DNA from: a virus
Direction: 5' to 3' (one strand)
Length of the DNA stretch: 64,000 bases
IMG/VR virus record: IMGVR_UViG_3300024518_000034
Span: 128,309 to 192,308 of that record
This document shows, piece by piece, positions 43,722 through 53,261 of the stretch (its first letter is position 1; every line of letters starts with the position of its first letter). The translations under genes and the position numbers were made by a program. Below the pieces are notes generated by a model, which was not told where the DNA came from, did no database searches, and saw nothing but the letters and a program-made list of their open reading frames with translations.

Positions 43722-45949
43722 TGGCAACTACTAAAGAACACGACTTAATTAGTAAAATAATAAGAGCCCAGGACGAAGTTCTACCCAATTTAGTCGTCCC
43801 CCTCCAGCCAGATCCCCACATGCCAGGCGACGAAGAAGAATCGCCAAAACCCTCAGAAAGATGGAAACAAATAGTAAAGAAAAAGAGGGAAGAAGATTTA
43901 CAAGAAGGCCCCCTCAACGAGGCTGCGGGAGGTTTTCCTGAAAAAAGGATGCAATTTTCCGAGACAGACAAAAAAGAGTGGGAAGATTGGCTGAGTACAG
44001 TAACCTCTGGCAAGAAACAACAGAAGGCTAGGATACTGAAATTCCTTAAAAATGAGCCACGCATGATAAGAGACTTCGTATTGAAGAGAGAAGATCTCTA
44101 CCATGAAACCGTTGCGGAGATGGACGAAGAAGCAATGGAAAAATATATGGTGGTAAAAGAGAATTTAAAAGAGAATTTTGAGGAAGAAACAAACAATACA
44201 GTAGATTATTTTTATAATATGTTTAAAGAGGCAGACCCTACTGGAAAGTCATACGTAGATCAAATCATTACTTGGTGGACAAACTATTCTTTTAATGAAC
44301 GAAACGCAAAAGAAGACATGGGTCAGGTTAAATCTTTATTAGATATTTTTCATAGAAATAAAGAGAACTTGCCAAACAATAATATAGCCACTTATAGAAG
44401 TATGAAGGAACTATATGATGTTGTGAAAACTGTTATGCCTGAAGCAATTGCTTCAGAGGAGGCAGAGATGGTAGCCAAACAGGAAATAGATGGTGACAAA
44501 TATGAGTTATATAATTTAAAAACAAAAGATGCAGCAATGGAGATGTGTAAGGGAACTACTTGGTGCATAAAAGATCCAAACGCTAGACACTATGAAGGCT
44601 ACAAAGAGAAAGGAAACGTTTACACGATTTGGAAGAATGACAAGCCGTTTATAGGAGTGGCAAATTCTATGCCAAATGCTAATGGTGGAGGTTTCGTTTA
44701 TGCAGACAATGAATCAGTAAGTAAAGAAGATAGAGTTTTATTAAAGGATTTAATAGAAGTATTTGTAAGCGATTGGGAAGACTTGGAAACGCCAGAGGGA
44801 GTTTATAACTTAGCAAAATTTTCTGCAGGGGATTTAAATGAGGAACAGGAAAACATATTACTTAAAGATTTAGCATATGCAACCGACTATGCGGTATTTA
44901 TAAAGAAGGATAGATGGGAAAAGGGAGAACCTTTAATGGCTTCTTCTCCACGTACAGCACACAGCTATGCAATGAATGCGTTAAAGGGTAGGTTTCCAGA
45001 AGGAGAGCCTGCAATAGCTGAAGATGGCAAATATGCTATGTTGTATGCTAAGAATGTTATAAAAGATAGATGGACTGAAGGCGAGCCTGCAATAGCTGAA
45101 AACGGTGAATATGCGTATAGATATTCCGCAGAAGTTGTGAGAGGTAGATGGCCAGAAGGTGAAGCTGCAATAGGGCAAGATGCATGGACGGCTATGGATT
45201 ATGCAGAAAAAGTTATAGAGGGAAGATTTCCAGAGGGTGAAGCTGCAATAATAGCAAAAAGCTCAGAACAGACGTACCATTATGCTAAAAATGTTTTAAA
45301 GGGAGAAAGAGTTCCCGAAATAGAAACTGCGTTAGCTCAAGATAGAGAGTGGGGGCAGTATGCGTACCACTATGCTAATACTGTATTGGAAGATAGATTT
45401 CCAGAGGGGGAAGCTACAATAGCTAAATATCCAGCTTATGCGGGTTATTATGCTAAAAATGTTATAAAAGGTCCGTGGCCAGAAGGAGAACCTGCAATAG
45501 CTTCGCATTTTGCTAGCGCGGGTGAATATGCTAGGGATGTTTTAAAAGGCCCATTTCCTGAAGGGGAAGCAGAAATAGCAAAATATCCGGCATGGTCGAT
45601 AAATTACGCTATTCAAGTTCTAAAAGGTAGATTTCCAGAAGGAGAAGCAGAAATAGCAAAAAGTCCCCTTGAGACAGCGTCGTATTTTACAAATATATTA
45701 GAACCACAAGGGTTAACTTGGGAAATGATAAAGGGACAAGAACAACCACAGCAACCAGCAATAGAAGAACAGCCAGCAATACCACAACAAGTACAGCAAC
45801 AACCACCAGAGGACGAACTAATGATTGAAGCTAAAAAGAAAGTAAAGGCGGCTGTGCCATCTGATATTCAATTAGACGAAGCATCACTGTATTGGTCGCC
45901 AGAAGATGACGAGGAATGGAAAAAATGGATAAGTTTATACCAAAAATAA
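43721..45949 (+). CDS. large protein with about 22-aa tandem helical repeats
   Basis: About 11 copies of (A/S)YxYAxxV(L/I)KGR(F/W)PEGEPAIA, N-terminal MCKGTTWCI motif. Probable start ATG 43721. Confidence 0.8.
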   Translation: MATTKEHDLISKIIRAQDEVLPNLVVPLQPDPHMPGDEEESPKPSERWKQIVKKKREEDLQEGPLNEAAGGFPEKRMQFSETDKKEWEDWLSTVTSGKKQQKARILKFLKNEPRMIRDFVLKREDLYHETVAEMDEEAMEKYMVVKENLKENFEEETNNTVDYFYNMFKEADPTGKSYVDQIITWWTNYSFNERNAKEDMGQVKSLLDIFHRNKENLPNNNIATYRSMKELYDVVKTVMPEAIASEEAEMVAKQEIDGDKYELYNLKTKDAAMEMCKGTTWCIKDPNARHYEGYKEKGNVYTIWKNDKPFIGVANSMPNANGGGFVYADNESVSKEDRVLLKDLIEVFVSDWEDLETPEGVYNLAKFSAGDLNEEQENILLKDLAYATDYAVFIKKDRWEKGEPLMASSPRTAHSYAMNALKGRFPEGEPAIAEDGKYAMLYAKNVIKDRWTEGEPAIAENGEYAYRYSAEVVRGRWPEGEAAIGQDAWTAMDYAEKVIEGRFPEGEAAIIAKSSEQTYHYAKNVLKGERVPEIETALAQDREWGQYAYHYANTVLEDRFPEGEATIAKYPAYAGYYAKNVIKGPWPEGEPAIASHFASAGEYARDVLKGPFPEGEAEIAKYPAWSINYAIQVLKGRFPEGEAEIAKSPLETASYFTNILEPQGLTWEMIKGQEQPQQPAIEEQPAIPQQVQQQPPEDELMIEAKKKVKAAVPSDIQLDEASLYWSPEDDEEWKKWISLYQK

Positions 45950-48924
45950 GCTCTAAAGAGTTAGAGATGGGCGTTGAAGAAGAAATGGAACATACAGACG
46001 ATCCAAAGAAATCTAGACAAATTGCATTGGATCATTTAGAAGAAGATCCAAAATATTATACCAAGTTAAAGAAGTGTATGCCAAAAGAGGCACTAGAAGG
46101 ATCAGGGTATGCAGACCCTAGGGATGGCTCAACAAATACAACTAGTAGAAGTACTAGCGGTCAGGAGACACAGTTCTCTGCTCCTGACATACCAGAAGCA
46201 CCAGAGGATAAAAAAAAGAAGGAAAAGAAGTACATGACAGTCACTCCACCGAAGAAGGAAGTAGTGGAAGTGGAAGAGAAAAAGATGGCAAAGTATGTTA
46301 AAGCCATGGAGTGTCCAAAGTGTGGAGATGAATATTGGCAAGGAGATCAATGTCCACAGTGTCAGGATGATGATGAAAAGGGCGTTGCATATTATAATAT
46401 AAATAAAGAAATTGATGTTGAAAATTTATTAAAATCTAAACAAGATTTGGTAGATAATTTAGTATCATTTCCTGCAAGGTATAAAGATGAATTTTCACAT
46501 GAAGAAGATGAAAGTCTCATAGATGCAGGAGAATGTCATTATTGTGGAGAAAAAATAAAATTATTACATTGGCCTAGTACTTACGAGGGTGGAGTGGGTG
46601 AACCCGGTCAAGTTTGGATAGATAAAACAGGTGGAGATGTTTGTTCAGGGAATGATGAAGGTGAAAACGAACATGAGAATCACGAACCGTTTCCAGAGGA
46701 GGAAGCAATGTCAGTAGATGAACTAAAAAGTATATTTAAAAAATCAAGAAGAGAAGAGAAGAAGGTTCAAACATGTATAGACCTTGTAGAAGGTAAGGTA
46801 CATAATGTTAAGACAGCAAGACTGTGGAAGGATTTAACTGAAAGTCTAAAGAGTGTAGTGTCTTTAAAAAAAACAGCACAGACTGAAGAGTGGGAAAATC
46901 CATATGATGCCGCAGGCGCTCAGATAAATTATAATGCTTTAGAAGATGCATATAATGAGTATGCTAAGACTGAATCACCTGGAGCAATATATTGGAAGTT
47001 GCAGCAGGATTTAATACAAAACAATACTCCCAAGGAGCAAGCTAAGCAACAAGTAGATAGTTTTTTTGAAAATATAGGAGTCAGTCCTGCCGACGAATCT
47101 AGTCCAATACAAGATCCATATAGACCAGACGTTGGAGATATTTTTGAACAGTATGATCAGCCACAAGAGCGAGGCGAAAAGGCTAGCGACTATATTAAAG
47201 ATAGACCGGGAGAGGAAGTTAAGCCAAAGCAATTCTCAGATCGCCAACACATGAAGAGCATGATGGATAGAAATCAGATTGGTGAAGGTGGAACTTATGA
47301 AAGTAAGCCACAGATTAAGATTAGAGAAATGGCAGCATATTCTCAAAGCCCAAAGTTAAGACAAAAGATACAAAAGCAGAACCCTGAGTTGGCAAAGAGA
47401 ATGGAAAATTATATGTCAAGAAAAGTGGGTGGTTTGGGGGAAGCTGGAAGACAGTTGTTCGCCAAAGACCCAGCTAATTTTTGGAAGTTAGTACATAGGA
47501 AGCCAGGCGATAAAAAAGCCTTTGAAGCTGCTGCACAACAATTTGCTAGCACAGGCGAAATGCCATTACAGAGTTTAAGTCCTGGTCAAGCGAAAAGAAT
47601 GCCACAACTTAAAGACGTTAAAACAGCGCCAGCGCCAGGATCAGCAGGCTCATATGAATTGCCAACACAGGAAGAGCAGTTGGCAACTAATAGGGAGAAA
47701 TTTACTCCAACGCCACCACAAACAGATCAGCCAACAATGGAAGCGATTCCAGCGGGATATAGTCCAGTAAAGACAGAGCAAGACAAACAAAGAGAACGTG
47801 CAAGAGAACAGGCTGACATTGGTTATACAGAAAGAATGAAAGACCCAGAACGCTCATTGCCTCCTGAAGAACTTAAGAAACGAGAAGAAAAGACTGAAAA
47901 ACTCCATGAGAAGATTGGAACGCCAGCCGGTTTAGAACATCAACGAATGGAACCAAAGCCAGAGGAGAGGGAAATGGTTGATGTGATTGATCCAAGAGCG
48001 GTCAGTCCAGAACCAAGTGGGCAAAAAACAATTGAAGGTCCAGACATTACACAAGAAAAGCTGGACGTGGATGACCCAGAACCATTAGAGTTAGCGCCGA
48101 GAACAGAGCCAGAAGCGAAAGTTGAGGAGTTAGAACCTGAAGCTGTAGTTCCAGGTCAGCCTAGTGGTAATGCGGTAAGTAAATTATCAAATGCGATGGA
48201 AGATCCAGAGACTGGAAGAACAAATCCAGAGTATTTGCCAACAGGAGGCTGGAATCAAGAAAAGGCTAAGAAAATATTTACTCCCGAAGCTTTCAAGGAA
48301 GTTTTTAAAGATTCATTTGTGATTCCAAAAGAAAGCAAAGACAAATTGGGAAAGTATATGAATTATGACAAGCAAATGAATAATTGGAAAAATCCACTAT
48401 CTAAGGGACTGTGGGAAAGTTTTATGGAAACTTTTGGGCACGGACCAAAAGTGAAAGATGAAGAAAAGCCAGAAGTTAAAACTAGATCGCAGAGAGCGAA
48501 AGAATTTATTAATGTAATAAAAGACAATGGTCCGCTGTTTAAAGCATTTAAGAAATATGTAGAGCCGCATCTGCAAAGAAAAGAAGTGCGTGAAGAAGAT
48601 AAGGTAGATCTTAAATTGAAAGATGCACCGGCAGAGGTTGAAGTAAGTGAAGACGAAGGCTTGGGGCAAGCAACAGCTAGACTAAGAACAGTTACATCTA
48701 GCAAGTTAATTAGAGGAGAGCTTATAAATGGGCCAGAATGGCTCCACAGAGTAGCCTCAACCAATAAATACTTACCTGTTGGTGACTATGCCTGTGTACT
48801 CTTGACAAATAAGCTGATAGCTGTTAGACTACCTGATAGTCACAAGGCAAAAAATCGTATGAGATCAGAAGAAGTAAGAGAACTGTATAAATCAGGGGCA
48901 CCAACATGGGCAATCCCAAGATAA
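45916..48924 (+). CDS. 1002-aa protein with N-terminal DUF5661-like motif (putative head-internal protein)
   Basis: ELEMGVEEEMEHTDDPKKSRQIALDHLEEDPKYYTKL, long charged/Pro-rich body. Confidence 0.7.
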   Translation: MEKMDKFIPKISSKELEMGVEEEMEHTDDPKKSRQIALDHLEEDPKYYTKLKKCMPKEALEGSGYADPRDGSTNTTSRSTSGQETQFSAPDIPEAPEDKKKKEKKYMTVTPPKKEVVEVEEKKMAKYVKAMECPKCGDEYWQGDQCPQCQDDDEKGVAYYNINKEIDVENLLKSKQDLVDNLVSFPARYKDEFSHEEDESLIDAGECHYCGEKIKLLHWPSTYEGGVGEPGQVWIDKTGGDVCSGNDEGENEHENHEPFPEEEAMSVDELKSIFKKSRREEKKVQTCIDLVEGKVHNVKTARLWKDLTESLKSVVSLKKTAQTEEWENPYDAAGAQINYNALEDAYNEYAKTESPGAIYWKLQQDLIQNNTPKEQAKQQVDSFFENIGVSPADESSPIQDPYRPDVGDIFEQYDQPQERGEKASDYIKDRPGEEVKPKQFSDRQHMKSMMDRNQIGEGGTYESKPQIKIREMAAYSQSPKLRQKIQKQNPELAKRMENYMSRKVGGLGEAGRQLFAKDPANFWKLVHRKPGDKKAFEAAAQQFASTGEMPLQSLSPGQAKRMPQLKDVKTAPAPGSAGSYELPTQEEQLATNREKFTPTPPQTDQPTMEAIPAGYSPVKTEQDKQRERAREQADIGYTERMKDPERSLPPEELKKREEKTEKLHEKIGTPAGLEHQRMEPKPEEREMVDVIDPRAVSPEPSGQKTIEGPDITQEKLDVDDPEPLELAPRTEPEAKVEELEPEAVVPGQPSGNAVSKLSNAMEDPETGRTNPEYLPTGGWNQEKAKKIFTPEAFKEVFKDSFVIPKESKDKLGKYMNYDKQMNNWKNPLSKGLWESFMETFGHGPKVKDEEKPEVKTRSQRAKEFINVIKDNGPLFKAFKKYVEPHLQRKEVREEDKVDLKLKDAPAEVEVSEDEGLGQATARLRTVTSSKLIRGELINGPEWLHRVASTNKYLPVGDYACVLLTNKLIAVRLPDSHKAKNRMRSEEVRELYKSGAPTWAIPR

Positions 48925-49331
48925 TTTCTAAAGCATTAGCAAATATTGTTATATCGGTAGCAAAGATCCCACCGGGCCTATTAAGGCCTATGGCAATTAT
49001 GTCTGCTCCCGGCGTATGTCCTACTCTGGAGATGAGTCAATTTTTTAATAAAAAGAAAGTGTTCAACAGAAGACTTTTTAATATGGCAGTCTTAGAGGCA
49101 ACTTTGAAATTCAACGTCTATGAGATTGTTGTAGTGATGAAAGTGAAAAAAGGTGCAAGGATTGATCACGCTCACATCTTAGGTGAACAAAACTATATCA
49201 TGCCCAAGTTTCCTACTCTTGGTGGCTATCAGTATGGTTCATGTGAATTAATTAAAGACAGGGAACAAACAGACCTTTCGTTTATAATGAAATCTCCGCA
49301 AGAGTATAAAAACTGGAAAAGGAATAACTAA
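48906..49331 (+). CDS. hypothetical protein
   Basis: Coupled ORF. Confidence 0.55.
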   Translation: MGNPKIISKALANIVISVAKIPPGLLRPMAIMSAPGVCPTLEMSQFFNKKKVFNRRLFNMAVLEATLKFNVYEIVVVMKVKKGARIDHAHILGEQNYIMPKFPTLGGYQYGSCELIKDREQTDLSFIMKSPQEYKNWKRNN

Positions 49332-49509
49332 AATGGACAAGAGAAAAAAGATTGAATTATGTATGACTGGCTCAGGCCTTCTATTAGTATACCTAGCTAT
49401 ATTTATATTAGCTACTACTTTTAATTAATCAAAAACTTTTCAAAAACTGGTAGCATTTGACTCTTGTTTAGGGTACTCTATGTAAACAGAGAACTTAAAG
49501 GAGGCAACC

Positions 49510-49731
49510 ATGTACCAGACTGATGTCGATGGACTATCTGACATCCTAATCGAGATAGGCAATATGAAATCAATAACTGTCTTATTTAACGTGCAAGGAA
49601 ACGCTCTACCAATCAAGGTCAATGCTAATGAAAATGAATCGAATTCATCTTTGATTGGAAAAGCAAGAAAAATCGTAATGTGTGACATAATCCAGCAGCA
49701 AGGAAACCCAAGGCTAGAGGAAGAAAGTTAA
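49510..49731 (+). CDS. hypothetical protein
   Basis: RBS GGAGG, promoter at 49451-79. Confidence 0.6.
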   Translation: MYQTDVDGLSDILIEIGNMKSITVLFNVQGNALPIKVNANENESNSSLIGKARKIVMCDIIQQQGNPRLEEES

Positions 49732-49905
49732 GAATGAAGAAGGAAAAGAAGTATAAGGGCAATAGGCACGACGCACGCAAGGATTCTTTTGAGCTTGCGG
49801 CTAACAAGAGAGATAAGAGTAAGAAGAAAAAACGAGGTGCTAGGCAAGAGCAGGATGAGTATCTGACAGAATACGAAGAATATCTAACGCAAAAAGGAGC
49901 GTAAA

Positions 49906-50199
49906 ATGGTTTGTGAATTTGTTCAGACAGCTATCGATGAGACTGGAGAAGAAGGCTTAGAGCAGTTAAGAAGCATGATGAATAGAAATATGATAAGTAT
50001 ATCACAAGATAACAATCTGGTTGCAGCGCTTTTTAGTTTAATTCAGTCTGGTTACGATGGACAACTAGCAGAAGACCCAGGGCTGTCAATCATTCTAGGA
50101 AACGCAATAGATTTTTTATTCACAAATGTGGTCATGGGCGCATATGATCGACAAAAGATAGCAAGTAAGTACCAAGAGCATTTTGAGAAAGAACTGTAG
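49906..50199 (+). CDS. hypothetical protein
   Basis: RBS AAGGAG. Confidence 0.6.
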   Translation: MVCEFVQTAIDETGEEGLEQLRSMMNRNMISISQDNNLVAALFSLIQSGYDGQLAEDPGLSIILGNAIDFLFTNVVMGAYDRQKIASKYQEHFEKEL

Positions 50200-50242
50200 C
50201 AATTTGCTATAGTGTATGGTAGTCTATATAGACGACCATGAT

Positions 50243-50322
50243 GGTGGCTGAAGCTGAAGTAGCCGACGCACCCGGCTGTGAACCGGGAGTATTAGCGAGT
50301 GCAAGTCTCGTCAGTCACCCCA
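50243..50322 (+). tRNA. tRNA-His(GTG)
   Basis: G-1:C73, CCCGG-CTGTGAA-CCGGG, encoded CCA, own promoter (50197-50225). Confidence 0.88.
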
Positions 50323-50350
50323 CAAACAACTTTTACAAAGGAGCGGACAA

Positions 50351-50923
50351 ATGAGTGACGCTGTAATTTTGGATCTGAAGGATGAGAAGTTTGGACACCT
50401 CATTCGAGGAATTCTAAATGGTAAGAATTGCGAAGCTGAGCTTTTTGACATTCACAGTAAGAAAAAACTAAAACTTAAGCATCTTAAGACTACCAAGGTA
50501 GTTTTTCTTGGTAAAGTGCCGAAAAAGATTATGGAAACTCTAATGACGGCACCAGGAGTAAGCTTGATTCGCGTTGGACAAGTTAAGGAAGAGTATCGTA
50601 ACAGATATCACGAAATTATTCCTAGACCTATCGCGTTGAACAAGTTGGACGCTATAATGACCAACTACGGATTGGTAAAGAAGAGAATCTTTAAGCCAGT
50701 AGCAAGACGTGGAAGAAAGAGTAGTCACAATCTGTCAGATATCGCAAACGAAATCTTGCACTCCGTTGGTGAGGGCAACGAGACTAGAAGCGAAATCCTT
50801 GGAGCAATTACTAAAGACATTCCCCAAACCGCTTGGGCTCAGGCTATCAAGATGTTGGTCAAGGACAAGCAGGTAATCAGAAAGGGTAAGAAACGTGGAG
50901 CAAGATACTATCTCCCAGAGTAA
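50351..50923 (+). CDS. putative DNA-binding protein with C-terminal winged helix
   Basis: TRSEILGAI...WAQAIKMLVKDKQVIRKGKKRGARYYL. Confidence 0.6.
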   Translation: MSDAVILDLKDEKFGHLIRGILNGKNCEAELFDIHSKKKLKLKHLKTTKVVFLGKVPKKIMETLMTAPGVSLIRVGQVKEEYRNRYHEIIPRPIALNKLDAIMTNYGLVKKRIFKPVARRGRKSSHNLSDIANEILHSVGEGNETRSEILGAITKDIPQTAWAQAIKMLVKDKQVIRKGKKRGARYYLPE

Positions 50924-50927
50924 GCCG

Positions 50928-51158
50928 ATGCATGATTATTCACTAGCAAGAGGTCGAGCGGTCCAGAAGGCAATTAAGCTGTCAACTCTAAACAGCATTT
51001 CGTATTATGTTGTTAAGATCGTTTATGACAATAAGAACGTGCCAGATGAATACAAGGTAAACAAAACTGGGACAAAGAAACTGACAAAGAAACAGAAGAG
51101 TGAAGGCGGGACTGTTGCTAGTGTACAAGAATATAAACCTTATTATGATATGTTCTAA
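50928..51158 (+). CDS. hypothetical protein
   Basis: ORF after the winged-helix gene, start uncertain. Confidence 0.4.
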   Translation: MHDYSLARGRAVQKAIKLSTLNSISYYVVKIVYDNKNVPDEYKVNKTGTKKLTKKQKSEGGTVASVQEYKPYYDMF

Positions 51159-51374
51159 TGGCGATTAATTGAGTTAAACACTTTGTACTAGCTGCAATAT
51201 TTCAAATAGCATTCCGTAACTGGAAGCTAACACTTTTTCTGATTTTGATGAAGGAGTTTCACGATGATCTACTGCATAGTGCTGATTTGGTTGATAGCAT
51301 GTTCGATGTTCGATGTGGGATTTGGTACTGTTGGCGCAATGTTTGGCGAGTTAACTTTGAGGAAATGAAAATGA

Positions 51375-51447
51375 GGGCTAGTAGCTCAATGGTTAGAGCA
51401 GCACTCTCATAAAGTGAAGGTTCCAGGTTCGAATCCTGGCTGGCCCA
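51375..51447 (+). tRNA. tRNA with CAT anticodon (probably Ile2, otherwise Met)
   Basis: GGGCTAG/CTGGCCC-A acceptor resembles Ile tRNAs, loop CTCATAA. Confidence 0.8.
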
Positions 51448-51480
51448 TAAAAAATTTATTCATAAAAGGAAGGTAAAAAA

Positions 51481-51954
51481 ATGAAAATCTATACTTTTGT
51501 ATCGAAAACTAGGCAGAATATTTACGCAGGCTATGGTGCCAAAATGTGGGCCATTCCGCTACCCAAAGATAGGAGCCAATTTAAGAGGTTGGCAACTAAA
51601 GCAAAAAGGGTTAAAGCTGGCGATATTTGTCTGTTTTATTGTGTGATGGATAAGAGATTTTATATGCCATCAATCGTTGAAAGTACACCAGTAAATAAAA
51701 GTTTTAATGATCAGGTTTGGAATGGAAAGTGGCATTTTCCATTCAACATTAGACCGCTAAGAGATTCATTCATCAGTTGGTCTAAAGACGAGATCAAGGA
51801 TCTTAATATTATTAAATATAAAGATAAAAATTGGAACTATATTTTGCAAGTTAACTCTTTGTCAACCTTTACGCCCATTAGGGATTTGCATGAAAAAGAA
51901 AAGGAAGTTTTGTTTAACTACTTCATCAGAAGTGAACAAGAGATTTTGGTATGA
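51481..51954 (+). CDS. EVE/PUA-like domain protein
   Basis: MWAIP...KRVKAGDICLFY...IVESTP...VW...HFPFNI pattern. Confidence 0.6.
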   Translation: MKIYTFVSKTRQNIYAGYGAKMWAIPLPKDRSQFKRLATKAKRVKAGDICLFYCVMDKRFYMPSIVESTPVNKSFNDQVWNGKWHFPFNIRPLRDSFISWSKDEIKDLNIIKYKDKNWNYILQVNSLSTFTPIRDLHEKEKEVLFNYFIRSEQEILV

Positions 51955-52120
51955 TCACACTTAAAATGGATAGACTTGCAGCAGAGAAGGTGCTACAATT
52001 GGTACAAGAACATCAGGAAGAACCAATTCGCACTAGGCATAACAATGCTGGTAGTTACTTCGTTACCGACGAATTGCAGAGGCTGTTGTTTTTGGAGAAA
52101 TTTGAAGCAAGGGGTAAATA

Positions 52121-52315
52121 ATGAAACTGAATCCTAAAGCACCAGAGGTTAAAGAACTGCTAGAAGCGTTTGTTGGTAAGAAACTAGATGGAAAGAAGTG
52201 TGCGTTTTGTCCATCAACTAGGACAAATAAAGAGGACTTCAAGGACGACTTGTCTCGTGCGGAGTTTGGTATTTCCAGTCTATGTCAAGAATGTCAAGAT
52301 CAAATCTTTGGATAA
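52121..52315 (+). CDS. small zinc-finger protein
   Basis: CAFC...EFGISSLCQECQD. Confidence 0.6.
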   Translation: MKLNPKAPEVKELLEAFVGKKLDGKKCAFCPSTRTNKEDFKDDLSRAEFGISSLCQECQDQIFG

Positions 52316-52324
52316 GGAATCAAG

Positions 52325-52397
52325 CGACCTGTAGCTTAACGGTGAAAGCACCAGTCTTATATGCTGGCAAATCGGAGTTCGATTCTCCGCAGGTCTA
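52325..52397 (+). tRNA. tRNA-Ile(TAT)
   Basis: CCAGT-CTTATAT-GCTGG, D arm GCTT/AAGC, T loop TTCGATT, C1-U72 mismatch. Confidence 0.8.
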
Positions 52398-52416
52398 TTA
52401 GAAAGAAGGAAAAGTA

Positions 52417-52842
52417 ATGCATTTTGAAGTCAAGTACGGAAATAACTTACCAAAAGAAATGAGGAGTATTTTTAAGAAAGCAATAGATAAATACTCTGAG
52501 TTGGTTCCTACTTGGTGTCATGTGATATATGTGAAGCTTGAAGATGTGGATGAAGATGGATCACCAGCACACATTCAAGTGCAAGAGAGATATAGAGAGG
52601 CGACAATTACTCTTTCGACTGCCATCTTGTCGGAAGAGCCCAAAGAAAGAATCGATAGAATAATTTTACATGAGATTATTCATATCTTGATAGATCCATT
52701 AGCAACAGTGGCCCAAAGAGTCATAGCAAAAACCATAGAAAATGAGAAATTCAAAGGTTGGGCCGAAGGTCAGCTTGAAGAAAAAGAAGAAGCTGTGATC
52801 CAAGATTTGCTAAGAATCTTTAAAAAATACCCTCCTAATTAA
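52417..52842 (+). CDS. HExxH metallopeptidase-like protein
   Basis: IILHEIIHILID. Confidence 0.6.
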   Translation: MHFEVKYGNNLPKEMRSIFKKAIDKYSELVPTWCHVIYVKLEDVDEDGSPAHIQVQERYREATITLSTAILSEEPKERIDRIILHEIIHILIDPLATVAQRVIAKTIENEKFKGWAEGQLEEKEEAVIQDLLRIFKKYPPN

Positions 52843-53087
52843 CTAAAATAGTTAACTTTACAACATCACCCTGTTATAGTACTGGTAGAGATTTATATTT
52901 TTAAATCATAATAGGGCATGATGTTGGATACGAGTGAGCATCGTGAAGCCATACTAAGCTGCTTCAACTTTTACCATTCAAAAACTCACTTCAAACTAAC
53001 CCATCAAATCATCCTACCCTGTAGTATGACGGTCGCAAACTCTGTCCTCTAGTCTCTTTATGATTTAATATCAAGGAGATATTATGT

Positions 53088-53258
53088 ATGGATTTTGCAG
53101 CCGATAAAACTTACAAAGATGATTTTGAAAAAGATGAAGGAGATTTTGAGGATATTGCCAGTGTTAATATGGAAAAACCCACTGAAGAAGATCCCAAGAT
53201 GAAAATAATAGAGGAGGCAGTGCATAAATTATTTAATATTATGCACATGTTACTATAA
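53088..53258 (+). CDS. small acidic protein (not in ORF track)
   Basis: 56 aa, RBS AAGGAG. Confidence 0.4.
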   Translation: MDFAADKTYKDDFEKDEGDFEDIASVNMEKPTEEDPKMKIIEEAVHKLFNIMHMLL

Positions 53259-53261
53259 AAT

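Noticed and set aside
43721-45949. Diversity-generating retroelement or CRISPR-like DNA repeats
   Set aside because: The repeats are in-frame coding repeats with synonymous variation. No reverse transcriptase or adenine-specific TR/VR pair was seen.
53025-53045. c-di-GMP-I riboswitch suggested by GGTCGCAAAC
   Set aside because: The GNRA tetraloop/receptor second hairpin and the P1 pairing could not be found.
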